From Gemmatimonadaceae bacterium (GTDB lineage: Bacteria > Gemmatimonadota > Gemmatimonadetes > Gemmatimonadales > Gemmatimonadaceae), in assembly GCA_044224875.1 (NCBI GenBank), contig JBGAJQ010000036.1, forward strand, positions 1 to 52,970: a stretch of 52,970 nucleotides of DNA. Reading direction: 5' to 3'. A model generated the notes under the pieces. The model saw only the letters and a program-made list of their open reading frames with translations, searched no databases and had not been told where the DNA came from. Below, one piece after another: positions 8,648 to 19,185 of the stretch. The position numbers were made by a program, and so were the translations under genes. Numbering within the stretch: the stretch's first letter is position 1; the number at the start of each line of letters is the position of its first letter.

Positions 8648-9676
8648 TCAGGTGGCGGCGTACGCGCGCGCCTGCGTGACCTCCACGGCGATCCGACACC
8701 CGGGTTCGATGCCTCGCAAGAGGGAGCTCCGACGCGGAAACTGCGCCGTCAGCGGAATCGCACCGTCCATCAAGGCTTCCACCTTTACACGGTCGCCGAG
8801 CGGCACGAGGCGGTGGACCGTGGCTACGCCCTGATCATCCCGCCAGAACTTGATGTCGTACGAACGGATGACCAAGTGAACGTTCCCTGACAAATCCGCA
8901 TTCGGCACCGGGACGCTCAAGGCACCGGCGACGGCGCGGCCCTCGCCAGCCTGCGCCGCGATGACGTTCGCTTCGCCGACGAACCGAGCGATGAATTCCG
9001 TCTGCGGGCGGTCCATGATGTCGACCGGCGTTCCGTCCTGTTCCAGGCGTCCCTTGTTGATGACGAGCACTCGGTCCGCGAGGGCGAAGGCCTCCTCCTG
9101 ATCGTGGGTCACGAAGATCGACGTGACGCCCGTCTCGTTATGCAACCGGCGCAACCAGCCACGTAGCTCTTGGCGCACCTTGGCGTCGATGGCGGCAAAC
9201 GGTTCATCCAGTAGCAGGATCTTGGGACGCGGGGCCAGCGCGCGTGCCAGCGCCACACGCTGGCGCTGACCACCCGACAGCTGCGACGGCATCTGGCCGG
9301 CATATCCGTCCAACCCAATCAGCTTGAGCAACTCGTCGACGCGCGCTCGCTGCTCGCCGCGGGGCATCTTCAGGACGTCCAGCCCGAAGGCAATGTTCTC
9401 CCCGACCGTCATGTGACGGAAGAGCGCGTAGTGCTGGAACACGAAGCCCACCTTTCGCTCGCGCGGGTGCGCCTGCGTGACCGGCTCGCCGTTGAAGGCG
9501 ACGACACCACTGTCCGGTGTCTCGAGCCCGGCAATGATGCGGAGCGTGGTGCTCTTGCCACCGCCCGAGGGCCCAAGGAGTGCCACAAGGGACCCCGAGG
9601 CGATGGAAAAGCTGACGTCATCCACCGCCACAAACGGTCCGAATGATTTTCGCAGATGAGACACGGTGACGTTCAT
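8648..9676 (-). CDS. cysA: Sulfate/thiosulfate ABC transporter ATP-binding protein
   Basis: GPSGGGKS Walker [38 protein letters not shown]-terminal TOBE-like region; ATG overlaps the cysW stop. Confidence 0.93.
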   Translation of the reverse strand: MNVTVSHLRKSFGPFVAVDDVSFSIASGSLVALLGPSGGGKSTTLRIIAGLETPDSGVVAFNGEPVTQAHPRERKVGFVFQHYALFRHMTVGENIAFGLDVLKMPRGEQRARVDELLKLIGLDGYAGQMPSQLSGGQRQRVALARALAPRPKILLLDEPFAAIDAKVRQELRGWLRRLHNETGVTSIFVTHDQEEAFALADRVLVINKGRLEQDGTPVDIMDRPQTEFIARFVGEANVIAAQAGEGRAVAGALSVPVPNADLSGNVHLVIRSYDIKFWRDDQGVATVHRLVPLGDRVKVEALMDGAIPLTAQFPRRSSLLRGIEPGCRIAVEVTQARAYAAT

Positions 9677-10710
9677 GAGTTCTTCCCTCGTTCCTTGAAG
9701 TGCTCGAGCGTGAAGAGAAGGAGCATGCTGATCAGCGCGAGCAGGATGGCGGTCCCGTAAGCCGCCGGCTCCTGTCGCTCTTCTGCAGCGCTGTAGATGA
9801 AGGTGGTGGCCGTGTGCGTCTTGCCGGCGATAGCTCCGCCTAACACCAGCACGGCTCCGAATTCCCCGAGCGCGCGGGCCGCCGTCAGTGTGACGCCCAC
9901 GATCAGGGCGTGGCGGATGTTTGGCAGTGTGACGGAGAGGAACGTTCGCAAGCGTGAGGCGCCAAGGGTCGCTGCGACCTGCTCCTCGTCCGTGCCAAGC
10001 TCCGCCAGCACATAGCTCACTTCGCGCACGGTGAAGGGCACGGTCACAAACAGGGTCGCCAGCACCAGGCCCGGGAAGGCGAAGACCACCTGCAGGTTCA
10101 ACCAATCGGTGAGCGGGGCAAACCACCCGTTGCGCCCAAACAGCAAGAGAAAGGCGAGCCCCGTCATCACCGGCGAAACGGCAAACGTGATGTCCACCAG
10201 CGCGTCCAGTACGGCGCGGCCGGCAAATTGCTGGCGCACCAGCACGAGCGCCGCGACCACCCCGAACGTGCCATTGACGACGACGGCGATGGCGGTCAGC
10301 TGCAGCGACGAGGACAGCGCCTCGAGCGCCGTCGGCGTTGTGAGGCCCTTTGCCAACGCTCCGGCGCCCTGACGAAAGGCCTCGTACACCAAGGCGCCCA
10401 GTGGCACGATCAAGGTGGCGACGATGTACAGGACCACGGCCCCAAGGATGAGAACCCGAGCCGTTGGCCAGGATCGCGTCCGTGGCGCAGCAGGAAGCAC
10501 CACTACATGCTCGAGCGCTTCCTGGATCTCCGAATCGGGCGCCAGATGAACGGCGCCAAGGAACCCTTCCTCGGCGGCTGACTCTTCGTCGGGAGGCGGT
10601 GCGTGACGGCGGGCGACCGCTTCGTCGGCGGGACGCTGCCCATGCCGGCTGGCGGGGGTTGGCGCCAAGGCGCGAGGCTGGATCGGGAGCGCCGCGGGCG
10701 TATCAGACAT
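9673..10710 (-). CDS. cysW: Sulfate ABC transporter permease CysW with long N-terminal extension
   Basis: [28 protein letters not shown] (EAA loop) and [10 protein letters not shown] motifs. Confidence 0.9.
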   Translation of the reverse strand: MSDTPAALPIQPRALAPTPASRHGQRPADEAVARRHAPPPDEESAAEEGFLGAVHLAPDSEIQEALEHVVVLPAAPRTRSWPTARVLILGAVVLYIVATLIVPLGALVYEAFRQGAGALAKGLTTPTALEALSSSLQLTAIAVVVNGTFGVVAALVLVRQQFAGRAVLDALVDITFAVSPVMTGLAFLLLFGRNGWFAPLTDWLNLQVVFAFPGLVLATLFVTVPFTVREVSYVLAELGTDEEQVAATLGASRLRTFLSVTLPNIRHALIVGVTLTAARALGEFGAVLVLGGAIAGKTHTATTFIYSAAEERQEPAAYGTAILLALISMLLLFTLEHFKERGKNS

Positions 10711-11530
10711 GTCGCCGTCCCGCGCCGGTTCGCCGGTGCAAGGCACGCGCCGAGAATGAGAGGGAGAGCGCCAGCGCCAACAGCGCCACCGACACGGCAG
10801 CTGCAACATCCGGCCGGCCGCTTTCCACCTCGCCAAACACGTACACCGGACCGGTTAGTGTCCGGAAGGGGATGTTCCCGGCGACCACGACGATGGAGCC
10901 GAACTCCGCCAGGCAGCGCGAGAATGCCTGCAGGCCGCCCGCAGTCACCGCCGGAGCAATCCGCGGGAGTACCACACGGCGCCACACCAGGAAGGGGCGA
11001 GCGCCTAACGTGCAGGCGGCTTCCTCTTCCGCCGGATCCAGTTCGCGCAGAACGGGTTCCACGGCCCGCACCACGAATGGAACGGTGACAAAGGTCAGGG
11101 CGAGGATGATGGCCGTCGGCGCGTACAGCACTTTCCACCCGTGCCCGGTGAGCCACTCGCCGAGGAGGCGCGTCGGTGCGAAAAGGAGCACCAAGGTGAC
11201 TCCCGTGACGAGCGTCGGGATGGCAAAGGGGAGGTCGATGAGCGCGGACAGGAAGCGGCGGCCCAGGAACTCGTAGCGAACCAGCGCCCACGCCGTGGCT
11301 GTCCCCGCGACGGCGTTGACCAACGTGGCGATGGCGGCGGTCCAGAGCGAGAGTCCGATCGCGTTCCGAGCCAGCGGAGAAGTGATCGCGTTCCACACCG
11401 CGCCCATCCCGCCACTTACGCCGGCCTGAAAGAGGGCGAGGAGTGGAAGAATTACGAGCACGGCGAGATACGCGACCACCGAGAAGCGCAGCAACAGTGA
11501 GGTAGCGGAACGAGTCGCCGGCGTACTCAC
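10703..11530 (-). CDS. cysT: Sulfate ABC transporter permease CysT (CysU)
   Basis: AWALVRYEF.GRR, DLPFAIPT, PFVVRAVEPVL, EEAACTLGA and EFGSIVVVAGNIP motifs. Confidence 0.92.
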   Translation of the reverse strand: MSTPATRSATSLLLRFSVVAYLAVLVILPLLALFQAGVSGGMGAVWNAITSPLARNAIGLSLWTAAIATLVNAVAGTATAWALVRYEFLGRRFLSALIDLPFAIPTLVTGVTLVLLFAPTRLLGEWLTGHGWKVLYAPTAIILALTFVTVPFVVRAVEPVLRELDPAEEEAACTLGARPFLVWRRVVLPRIAPAVTAGGLQAFSRCLAEFGSIVVVAGNIPFRTLTGPVYVFGEVESGRPDVAAAVSVALLALALSLSFSARALHRRTGAGRRHV

Positions 11531-12597
11531 TTCGCCCTACCAGCGCCGGAGGCGCGAGCGAACACGCCGGAATCACCGAACACGGAAGGCGTCACCGTCT
11601 TCCAGCCGCCGAGGTCGCGAATCGTGAAGAGGTCAGAGACGGCTGGGAAGTCTTTCGCGAACTCGCTGGCGATGCTGTCATCGACAGGCCGGAAGCCGTG
11701 CTTGGCGAACATACGTTGGACACCAGGCGTGGTGAGGAATGCGACAAACGCCTCGGCCGCCTGACGAGTCCCGCGCTTGTCGACGTATCGATCAACGACG
11801 GCGACCGGGTTCTCGATGAGGATCGTGGAACGAGGGATGACATAGTCCATGGACTTGCCGGACTGGCGCGCCGTGAGGACCTCGTTCTCATACGCGATGG
11901 CCGCGTCGCCAACACCGTTTTCGAAGGTGAGCATCGATTCTCGAGCACCCTTGTCCATGATGGAAACGTTGGCGAGGACACCGCGCAGCAATCCCTCGGC
12001 GCCGGCGCTATCGCCAGCTGCAATCTTCGGGTCGGCTGCCCCGCGCAGGGCGGCACCGTAGATCGCGGCGACGTTCCACATCGCACCGCCGCTGGTGCGC
12101 GGATTTGGTGTGAGCACCTGCAGGCCCGGCTTTCTGAGGTCTGCCCAGTCGTGAATCTGTTTGGGGTTCCCCGGCCGCACGGCAATGACGACCACCGATC
12201 GCGACACCATGCCGCCGGTTGCGCCCTGCCGCCAGTCATGCGTCAGGAGGCCTGCCTTGGTGAGCGTCTCGAGATCCGGTTCGAGCGAGAGGGCGGCGAC
12301 GTCGGCCTCGAATCCACTGGCAATTGCCCGCGCCTGTGCGCCACTCCCGAGGTACGACTCCTCGAAGGTGATGGTTTGGCCACTCGTTGCATGCCACTCG
12401 GCGGCGAAAGCAGGCAGGATGTCCTGCCCGTACGCCTCACGAGGCGTGGTGTACGCACCTAACGTGAGTGTCCCCGCCTTGGCAGGCGCGGCATCCTTGT
12501 TTGCTCCGGAGCAGGCGACACCGAGTGACAGGAGCAACAAGGGTCGTGCGATAAGGGGGCGCCAACGAGCGGTGGGACGAGCGTGCGAGAGCGGCAT
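11527..12597 (-). CDS. sbp: Sulfate ABC transporter substrate-binding lipoprotein
   Basis: GSGAQAR, GNPKQIHDWADL, TPNPRTSGGA.WN, YENE and ILIENPVAVVD motifs; LGVAC lipobox. Confidence 0.92.
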   Translation of the reverse strand: MPLSHARPTARWRPLIARPLLLLSLGVACSGANKDAAPAKAGTLTLGAYTTPREAYGQDILPAFAAEWHATSGQTITFEESYLGSGAQARAIASGFEADVAALSLEPDLETLTKAGLLTHDWRQGATGGMVSRSVVVIAVRPGNPKQIHDWADLRKPGLQVLTPNPRTSGGAMWNVAAIYGAALRGAADPKIAAGDSAGAEGLLRGVLANVSIMDKGARESMLTFENGVGDAAIAYENEVLTARQSGKSMDYVIPRSTILIENPVAVVDRYVDKRGTRQAAEAFVAFLTTPGVQRMFAKHGFRPVDDSIASEFAKDFPAVSDLFTIRDLGGWKTVTPSVFGDSGVFARASGAGRAK

Positions 12598-12605
12598 GCG
12601 GGGCC

Positions 12606-13976
12606 TCAGAAAGCGTGTTGAAAACGAGTGGACAGATTGTGTTCGGCGGGGCGGTCGCCTGTGGTGGCGCCGCCGCGGAAGCGTGTGTGGGTGTAGTCGA
12701 CCATGACCTTCACGCCCTTGAGCAAGTGCCAATTGAGGCCGACACCAGCGGTACTCGCCTGTTGCACCTGCGACGTCGAGTCGGCGTAGAGTGGAAAAGC
12801 GTCCGGGTCCACCGTGAGCGCGCTGGCCCGAACCGCGAGCTCCAACGCGCCGTAGCCGTGGTGGGCCGGATCGAAGGGACGGCGTGGGGTCAGGCCCCGA
12901 AACGAGGCGTGCTCGCCGGTCACGTTGAGGGTGCCGGTCACTTCCCACGCACGGTGTCGCAGGGTGCTGACACTGCTCGCTCGCCGCACGTCTTGCGCAG
13001 AGACCACGTACTCGGCCATCGCCCCGACGCGGCCGACGGCGGCATAGGCGTGCGGGGAGAGACGCCACTGCGACCCATCCGCCAACACGGTGCCCGCCGC
13101 CGTCCCGTCTCCCCGGAAGCGGAACACGGTCTCTTGAAGGGGCGACTTGTAGGACTGCAGCTGCGGGGCGGAGACCGTGCCACGATGCTCGCCACGCGAG
13201 CCCGACAGGCCAATCACGAGTTCGTCGGCGGATGGGTGGGCGCGCCACTTGAGCGGGTCGATCGCGACGCGACCGACCAGGTCCTTGAAGCGATCGGTAT
13301 CGACGTCACCAAAGCCGATGTCCGGCACGCCGTTGAACACGCCGACGGCGTAGCTGACGGCTCGGGCCACGTCGCCGTAGAGTTGCGTACCCACGTCGCG
13401 ATTGGGGACGAGCGAGTTGGGGTGTGCCCGTTCGATGAACGCGATGTCGGTCGCACTTTGCAGACGTTCCAGTCCCACCGGCGGCTTGAACTTCCCCGTG
13501 CGCACGTTCAGCGCGGAGGCGAGGTGCAGGTCGAGGTGCGCATCGTAGATGCTCGGGCGGCCCTCGCCAAAGTCAGGCATCATCCGTACCTCGGCCACCT
13601 TCCCGATGGTGGCTTCCCAGATCGGCCGCACGCGGCGCAACAGGAGACCGCGTTGCAGGTCCGCCTCCCCGCTGCCTAACGGGATGCGCGCGTCACTCTG
13701 GAAGTAGCCACGAAGTCGCAGGGCGTAGCGTCCATCAGCACTCTGCGCGAGGAATCCTGTACTGGAGAGTCGCACCTCGAGGGCCGCACCCGATGAGGCG
13801 CGGGCCTTGGTGACCATCGAGTCGAGCCGACGGATGGTGGCCTCGAGCTGCGCGAACCGCATCGCGGTCGCCGCCTGACTGGAGTCGGACTGTCCCGCAA
13901 CCTGGCCAGACAAACGACTGATGGGTGAGAGACTCACTGCGGTCAGCAGGATTCCGAGCAGGGGTCCGTTTCGCAT
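12606..13976 (-). CDS. OprO/OprP-family anion-selective porin
   Basis: LRRVRP, GKFKPPVGLERLQS, FIER, PNRDVG, GALELAVR, GLNWHL motifs; C-terminal RFQHAF; signal peptide; first gene of the sulfate operon. Confidence 0.87.
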   Translation of the reverse strand: MRNGPLLGILLTAVSLSPISRLSGQVAGQSDSSQAATAMRFAQLEATIRRLDSMVTKARASSGAALEVRLSSTGFLAQSADGRYALRLRGYFQSDARIPLGSGEADLQRGLLLRRVRPIWEATIGKVAEVRMMPDFGEGRPSIYDAHLDLHLASALNVRTGKFKPPVGLERLQSATDIAFIERAHPNSLVPNRDVGTQLYGDVARAVSYAVGVFNGVPDIGFGDVDTDRFKDLVGRVAIDPLKWRAHPSADELVIGLSGSRGEHRGTVSAPQLQSYKSPLQETVFRFRGDGTAAGTVLADGSQWRLSPHAYAAVGRVGAMAEYVVSAQDVRRASSVSTLRHRAWEVTGTLNVTGEHASFRGLTPRRPFDPAHHGYGALELAVRASALTVDPDAFPLYADSTSQVQQASTAGVGLNWHLLKGVKVMVDYTHTRFRGGATTGDRPAEHNLSTRFQHAF

Positions 13977-14068
13977 GGGTGGCCGGAGGACGTTGGGGTT
14001 GGTTTGCCAGCCAGTCCGCGTGACGCACGCGGAAGAGCGGCCGACCAGTTGCGTTGTGGCTTTCCATG

Positions 14069-14083
14069 GCAGGCGGTGTTCCA
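14069..14083 (-). promoter_or_regulatory. Candidate sigma54 (-24/-12) promoter for the porin-sbp-cysTWA operon
   Basis: Minus strand reads TGGAAC-ACCGC-CTGC: exact GG-N10-GC spacing, about 90 nt upstream of the porin ATG, next to an enhancer-binding protein gene. Confidence 0.65.
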
Positions 14084-14158
14084 AGGCACAACGAACCGTT
14101 CAACTCTATGCCCTGTCTTGCTTTACGAATTGCGGTGTAGTCGTCATTCCACAGCTGG

Positions 14159-14197
14159 GCCGTGAAATAAGATGGTCTTTGCCGTGAAATAGCACGG
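14159..14197. promoter_or_regulatory. Candidate tandem upstream activator sites
   Basis: GCCGTGAAATA occurs at 14159 and 14181 (22-bp spacing). The second copy forms the dyad CCGTG-N6-CACGG. Confidence 0.6.
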
Positions 14198-14259
14198 TCA
14201 CGCTACTGATGGCCGTGGCATTTGATAGATTATGCCCATCACTGGCCCCGGAATTCGAT

Positions 14260-15822
14260 ATGGAAAACTCGGTGGCGCCCTACCGGCTCCTGCTCAACAT
14301 CTGGCGCGATGCGACCGATCACGCTCCGATCGACCAGGCGTTCAGCCGCATCGCCACGAGGCTGGGGCGTGCGACGGCCGCTGACTTCTTGCTGCTGCAG
14401 CGCGCCGACGCTTCGCTCGAGCGCCTAGAGTCCGTCGCGATCGAGCGCATCAGGCCCTGCGTGCTCCCGGCCCGCGTGCGGACAACGCTCACGCCCGTCG
14501 AGCGCGAGGCGGCGGCAGCATGGTTCCGATCCGCCGAGCCGGTGGCATGGCGTCCGGAGCGAGAAGATACGTTGTCGCGGGTCGCGTTCCCGTTTGACGG
14601 ATTCCACGATGCCTTGGCGATTCCATTGGTGAAGGGCGAGATGCCCCTCGGCGTCTTCACGCTGGCAGCGCGCGCGCCTAACGTCTTTACCGCCGCCGAC
14701 GAAGCGCTGCTCGGTGAGTTGATGGTTCCGCTGTCGGTCGCCCTGCTCAACGATGCGCAGTCTCACGAAATGGCCCGACTGCGCGAGGCGTTCGAAGCGG
14801 ATCGCCGCGCGCTGCTGCAACGCTTGGGACGTGACGACCTCACGGAAGACGTGATCGGGGCAGATTCCGGACTCCGGTCCGTCATGGAACGCGTGGAGCA
14901 GGTCGCACCGACGGATGTGCCCGTGCTCCTGTTGGGTGAAACGGGGAGTGGAAAGGAGGTTGCGGCCCGGGCCATTCACGTGCGGTCGCGACGACGGACT
15001 GGCCCAATCGTTAGGGTCAACTGCGGCGCCATTCCCGCCGGCCTCATTGACTCGGAGCTGTTCGGTCACGAGCGAGGCAGCTTCACCGGTGCCGTCACGG
15101 CGCGCAAAGGGTGGTTCGAACGTGCGGACGGCGGGACGTTGTTCCTGGATGAAGTCGCCGAACTGTCCCTCGACGCCCAGGTGCGTCTGCTTCGTGTCTT
15201 GCAGGACGGCACCTTCGAACGCGTGGGGGGACACAAGACCCAGTCAGTGGACGTGCGGATCATCGCCGCCACGCATCGGGACGTGAAGTCGCTGGTGGCT
15301 CGCGGGGCCTTCCGGGAGGACCTCTGGTACCGCATCGGCGTCTTCCCGATTTCCATTCCACCGTTGCGCGAACGCCCGGAGGACATCCCGGCGCTGGCGA
15401 CGCAGTTCGCGGCGCGCGCCGGCGTCCGACTGGGCGGTGCACCTCTGTCGCTCGACCCCGAGGACATCGAGACTCTCGTGACGTATTCCTGGCCCGGAAA
15501 CGTGCGCGAACTCGCCGCGGTCATCGAGCGGGCCGCCATCCTCGGCGACGGACGCGCACTTCGTGTGTCCGCCGCGTTGGGGAGGTCGTCCCCGGATCCG
15601 ATGGAGGTGAACGACGAACCCGGTTTTGCTCACCCACCAGAACCGCTGCTCACACTCGAGCAAGCCTCTGCCCGCCACATTCAACAAGCACTGCGCCTGA
15701 CGAACGGTCGCATCGAAGGACCGAATGGCGCGGCGGCAAAGCTGGGAATCAATCCCCACACGTTGCGGGCGCGCATGAGGAAGTTGCGGCTGGACTGGAC
15801 GACCTTTCGTGGGAAGGCCTAA
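14260..15822 (+). CDS. Sigma54-dependent enhancer-binding protein (GAF-AAA+-Fis HTH, FhlA/HyfR-like)
   Basis: GETGSGKE, SELFGHERGSFTGA, LFLDEV, FREDLWYR, WPGNVREL and GAAAKLGINPHTLRARMRKL motifs; N-terminal GAF-like region. Confidence 0.94.
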   Translation: MENSVAPYRLLLNIWRDATDHAPIDQAFSRIATRLGRATAADFLLLQRADASLERLESVAIERIRPCVLPARVRTTLTPVEREAAAAWFRSAEPVAWRPEREDTLSRVAFPFDGFHDALAIPLVKGEMPLGVFTLAARAPNVFTAADEALLGELMVPLSVALLNDAQSHEMARLREAFEADRRALLQRLGRDDLTEDVIGADSGLRSVMERVEQVAPTDVPVLLLGETGSGKEVAARAIHVRSRRRTGPIVRVNCGAIPAGLIDSELFGHERGSFTGAVTARKGWFERADGGTLFLDEVAELSLDAQVRLLRVLQDGTFERVGGHKTQSVDVRIIAATHRDVKSLVARGAFREDLWYRIGVFPISIPPLRERPEDIPALATQFAARAGVRLGGAPLSLDPEDIETLVTYSWPGNVRELAAVIERAAILGDGRALRVSAALGRSSPDPMEVNDEPGFAHPPEPLLTLEQASARHIQQALRLTNGRIEGPNGAAAKLGINPHTLRARMRKLRLDWTTFRGKA

Positions 15823-16338
15823 CGACGACCGCTGAACCACGCCAGAAATGGCCGCCCGTAATGAACTTTCTTGTCCGGTTCAGCATTCAGGAACACGTGC
15901 TGTGCCAGCCGGAAGGTGGCTGGGATTGCTGGAGAACGCTCGACTGCTCTTGGCGCCAGGGCTTGGACTCGGCCGAGGAAGGAGAGCTCCCCAAGGGCTC
16001 GCACTCGCTGAATCACGGGCTCCAGAATGCGACCCCAAGGTCGCCCTCGCGAGAGCGGACCAAGTGAATTCCTACGGCCCGCCTCAACGACCGCCTTGGC
16101 GATTTGCTGGCCGGGCGACGGATAGGGGTGCTCGGTGGCCGCGACGTTCGCTCCGTCGGGCGCGGGTTCGGCAGGCTGAGGTTTGAGCCGTCTTCGACGG
16201 CTGGCGCCCTTCGTGATAGATTGCAGCGTCAGGATTGCCGGAGCCGCCCGCTCACTGGTGCGCAGGCGACTCAACCACGACACGATCCCAGCTGCGACCG
16301 GTGGGGCGTGGGACTCTCGGAACGGAGTGGCGTGAGCG

Positions 16339-16848
16339 ATGCCGATCACCTTTACACTCAACGGGAAGCGCAGCACGGTGGACGTGCCCCCCGACATGCC
16401 ACTGCTCTGGGTGCTGCGCGATGTGCTCGATCTCAAGGGCACCAAGTACGGTTGCGGGATCGGGCAATGCAGCGCGTGCGTGGTACACGTAAAGGGCACG
16501 CCGACGCGCGCGTGCCGAACGCCGATTGCACGCGTGGAGGGCTCTGAGGTCACTACCATCGAAGGGCTTTCCCCGGACGGATCGCATCCGGTGCAGCGGG
16601 CGTGGGATGAGATTGATGTGCCGCAGTGCGGGTATTGCCAGGCGGGCCAGATCATGGAGGCGGCCGCGCTGCTCGCCAAGACGCCCAAGCCCACGGATGC
16701 GGAAATCGATGCCGCCATGAACGGCCACCTGTGTCGTTGCGCGACCTATCACCGTATTCGTGAAGCGATCCACCACGCGGCCACACTTCCGGCGGCGAAT
16801 GCATCGTCCCCCGGACGCTCTGGCTCGTCCGGCGACCACCAGGCCTAG
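16339..16848 (+). CDS. (2Fe-2S)-binding small subunit of a xanthine-oxidase-family molybdoenzyme (IorA-like)
   Basis: [23 protein letters not shown] and CRC motifs. Confidence 0.94.
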   Translation: MPITFTLNGKRSTVDVPPDMPLLWVLRDVLDLKGTKYGCGIGQCSACVVHVKGTPTRACRTPIARVEGSEVTTIEGLSPDGSHPVQRAWDEIDVPQCGYCQAGQIMEAAALLAKTPKPTDAEIDAAMNGHLCRCATYHRIREAIHHAATLPAANASSPGRSGSSGDHQA

Positions 16849-16860
16849 GAGGCGGATCCC

Positions 16861-19083
16861 ATGCAAACGACCATTCGCGTTGACCGCCGTTCCTTCCTTC
16901 GCGTGACGGCCATTGCCGGCGGCGGGCTCATGCTCGGCACGTATCTGGACACTCTTTCTGGCGCAGCGGACGCGTTTGCTGCGACCGCGGATGACTTCGC
17001 GCCTAACGCTTTCGTGCGTATGACCCCGGACGGCATCGTCACGATCATCGCCAAGAACCCGGAGATCGGGCAGGGCGTGAAGACGATGCTGCCGATGTTG
17101 ATTGCCGAGGAGTTGGACGTGGACTGGAAGAACGTGCACATCCAGCAGGCCGACTTGGACACGCAAAAGTACCAGAATCAGTTTGCTGGAGGCAGCACGG
17201 CCACGCCGACCAACTGGATGCCCATGCGTCGCGTGGGAGCGGCCGCACGAGCCATGCTCGTGGCCGCGGCCGCACAGACCCTGGGCGTCCCGGAGTCTGA
17301 GCTGACGACAGCGTCGGGCGCCGTGACCCATCCGGGCAGCGGGCGGAGCGTGAAGTACGGCGAGTTGCTCGCCAAGGCGGCGACCATTCCGGCCCCCGAC
17401 CTCGAAAAGGTGGCGCTCAAGGACCCGAAGGACTTCCGCATCGTCGGCACGCACGTGCGCGGGGTGGACAACCGGTCGATCGTGACCGGGAAGCCGCTCT
17501 TTGGCATCGATGTGCAGCTGCCGGGCATGCTCTACGCGGTGTTCGAGAAATCGCCCGTGTATGGGGGCAAGGTCGCCAGCGCCAACCTGGATGACGTGAA
17601 AAAGATGTGGGGGGTGAAGCACGCCTTTGTGGTGGACGGTGGCGCCGAGCTGACGGGACTACTCGGTGGCGTGGCGATCGTCGCGGACACCTGGTGGGCG
17701 GCCCAACAAGCCCGGTTGAAGCTGCAGGTGACGTGGAACGAAGGTGCCACGGCGCAGCAGAGCAGTTTAGGGTTTGCGGGCAAGGCCGAGGAACTGGCCA
17801 AGGGGTCGCCGCAACGCGCACTACGAAAGGACGGCGACCCGGATGCTGCCTTGCAGGGTGCCGCGAAGTCGGCGCGTGCCTCGTATTACTATCCGTTCAT
17901 CTCGCACGCACCACTGGAACCGCAGAATTGCACGGCGCAGTACCAGAACGGCAAGCTGGAGATCTGGGTGCCGTCGCAAACGCCCGCGGCCGGTCGCGCG
18001 CTGGTTGCTCGCACGTTAGGCATGCCGGAGACGGACATCACCGTCCACCTGACGCGCATGGGCGGAGGCTTCGGCCGCCGGCTCAACAACGACTACATGG
18101 TGGAAGGGGCATGGATTGCCAAGCAGGTTGGTGGTGCACCGGTGAAGTTGCTGTGGTCGCGCGAGGATGACATGCGCCACGACTTCTATCGCAGCGCTGG
18201 CTGGCACAACTTCTCAGGTGGCGTGGATGCAAGCGGTAAGCTCGTCGCCTGGAAGAACCACTTCGTTTCCTTTGGCGAAGGGGATCGCTTCGCGCCGAGC
18301 GCGGGCATTGGAGCTGCCGAATTTCCCGGCAGGTTCATCCCCAACTACGCCCTCGAGGCTTCGGTGATGCCGTCCGGTGTTCCGACGGGCGCGCTGCGTG
18401 CTCCGGGGAGTAATGGCATCGCCTTCGCCACACAGTGCTTCATTGACGAACTGGCTGAAGCGGCCGGCAAGGATCCGGTACAGTTCCGGTTGGACCTGCT
18501 GACGAACACTCCGGTGGGCGATCAACCGCCGTCGGGGAATGGACCGGCGCCGGTGCTCTTTGACGGACCGAGGATGCGGGCGGTGCTGCAGGCTGTTGCC
18601 CAGAAGTCAGGGTGGGGAACAGCGACGCTGCCCAAGGGCACGGGCATGGGCGTCGCCTTCCACTTCAGCCACCGCGGTTACTTCGCCGAGGTCGTACAGG
18701 CCACGGTGAGCAAGAGCGGGCAGGTCAAGGTCGACAAGGTCTGGGTCGCCGGCGATGTCGGCAGCACCATCATCAATCCCGGGAACGCGGAGAACCAGAC
18801 GCGTGGTGCGGTGCTCGACGGCTTGGCCGAGGCATTTGCCCAGGAGATAACGATCGAGAAGGGGCGCGCCGTCCAGGCCAACTTCAACTCCTTCCCGCTG
18901 CTGCGCCTCCGTCAGGTGCCACCGATCGAGATCACTTGGGTCAAGAGCAACTTGCCACCTACGGGGTTAGGTGAGCCGGCGCTTCCTCCGGTGGTACCGG
19001 CACTCTGCAATGCGATCCATGCTGCGACGGGAAAGCGCGTGCGATCGCTCCCGCTTTCGAAGCACGACCTGAGCTGGGTGTAG
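16861..19083 (+). CDS. Molybdopterin-binding large subunit (IorB / aldehyde oxidase-like), Tat-exported
   Basis: DRRSFL Tat motif; [30 protein letters not shown] and GLGEP motifs; GGAGG RBS. Confidence 0.94.
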   Translation: MQTTIRVDRRSFLRVTAIAGGGLMLGTYLDTLSGAADAFAATADDFAPNAFVRMTPDGIVTIIAKNPEIGQGVKTMLPMLIAEELDVDWKNVHIQQADLDTQKYQNQFAGGSTATPTNWMPMRRVGAAARAMLVAAAAQTLGVPESELTTASGAVTHPGSGRSVKYGELLAKAATIPAPDLEKVALKDPKDFRIVGTHVRGVDNRSIVTGKPLFGIDVQLPGMLYAVFEKSPVYGGKVASANLDDVKKMWGVKHAFVVDGGAELTGLLGGVAIVADTWWAAQQARLKLQVTWNEGATAQQSSLGFAGKAEELAKGSPQRALRKDGDPDAALQGAAKSARASYYYPFISHAPLEPQNCTAQYQNGKLEIWVPSQTPAAGRALVARTLGMPETDITVHLTRMGGGFGRRLNNDYMVEGAWIAKQVGGAPVKLLWSREDDMRHDFYRSAGWHNFSGGVDASGKLVAWKNHFVSFGEGDRFAPSAGIGAAEFPGRFIPNYALEASVMPSGVPTGALRAPGSNGIAFATQCFIDELAEAAGKDPVQFRLDLLTNTPVGDQPPSGNGPAPVLFDGPRMRAVLQAVAQKSGWGTATLPKGTGMGVAFHFSHRGYFAEVVQATVSKSGQVKVDKVWVAGDVGSTIINPGNAENQTRGAVLDGLAEAFAQEITIEKGRAVQANFNSFPLLRLRQVPPIEITWVKSNLPPTGLGEPALPPVVPALCNAIHAATGKRVRSLPLSKHDLSWV

Positions 19084-19100
19084 CCCGACCCATAGCACAA

Positions 19101-19138
19101 GATGGGGCCGAGGGATTCCCTCGGCCCCATCGTTTTTC
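19101..19138 (+). terminator. Rho-independent terminator after iorB-like gene
   Basis: 14-bp perfect stem GATGGGGCCGAGGG / CCCTCGGCCCCATC followed by GTTTTTC. Confidence 0.85.
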
Positions 19139-19185
19139 TGTTGCCGGGCACCGGCGCTATGTAGCCCCGGTGGGTCGCGAGTCCG

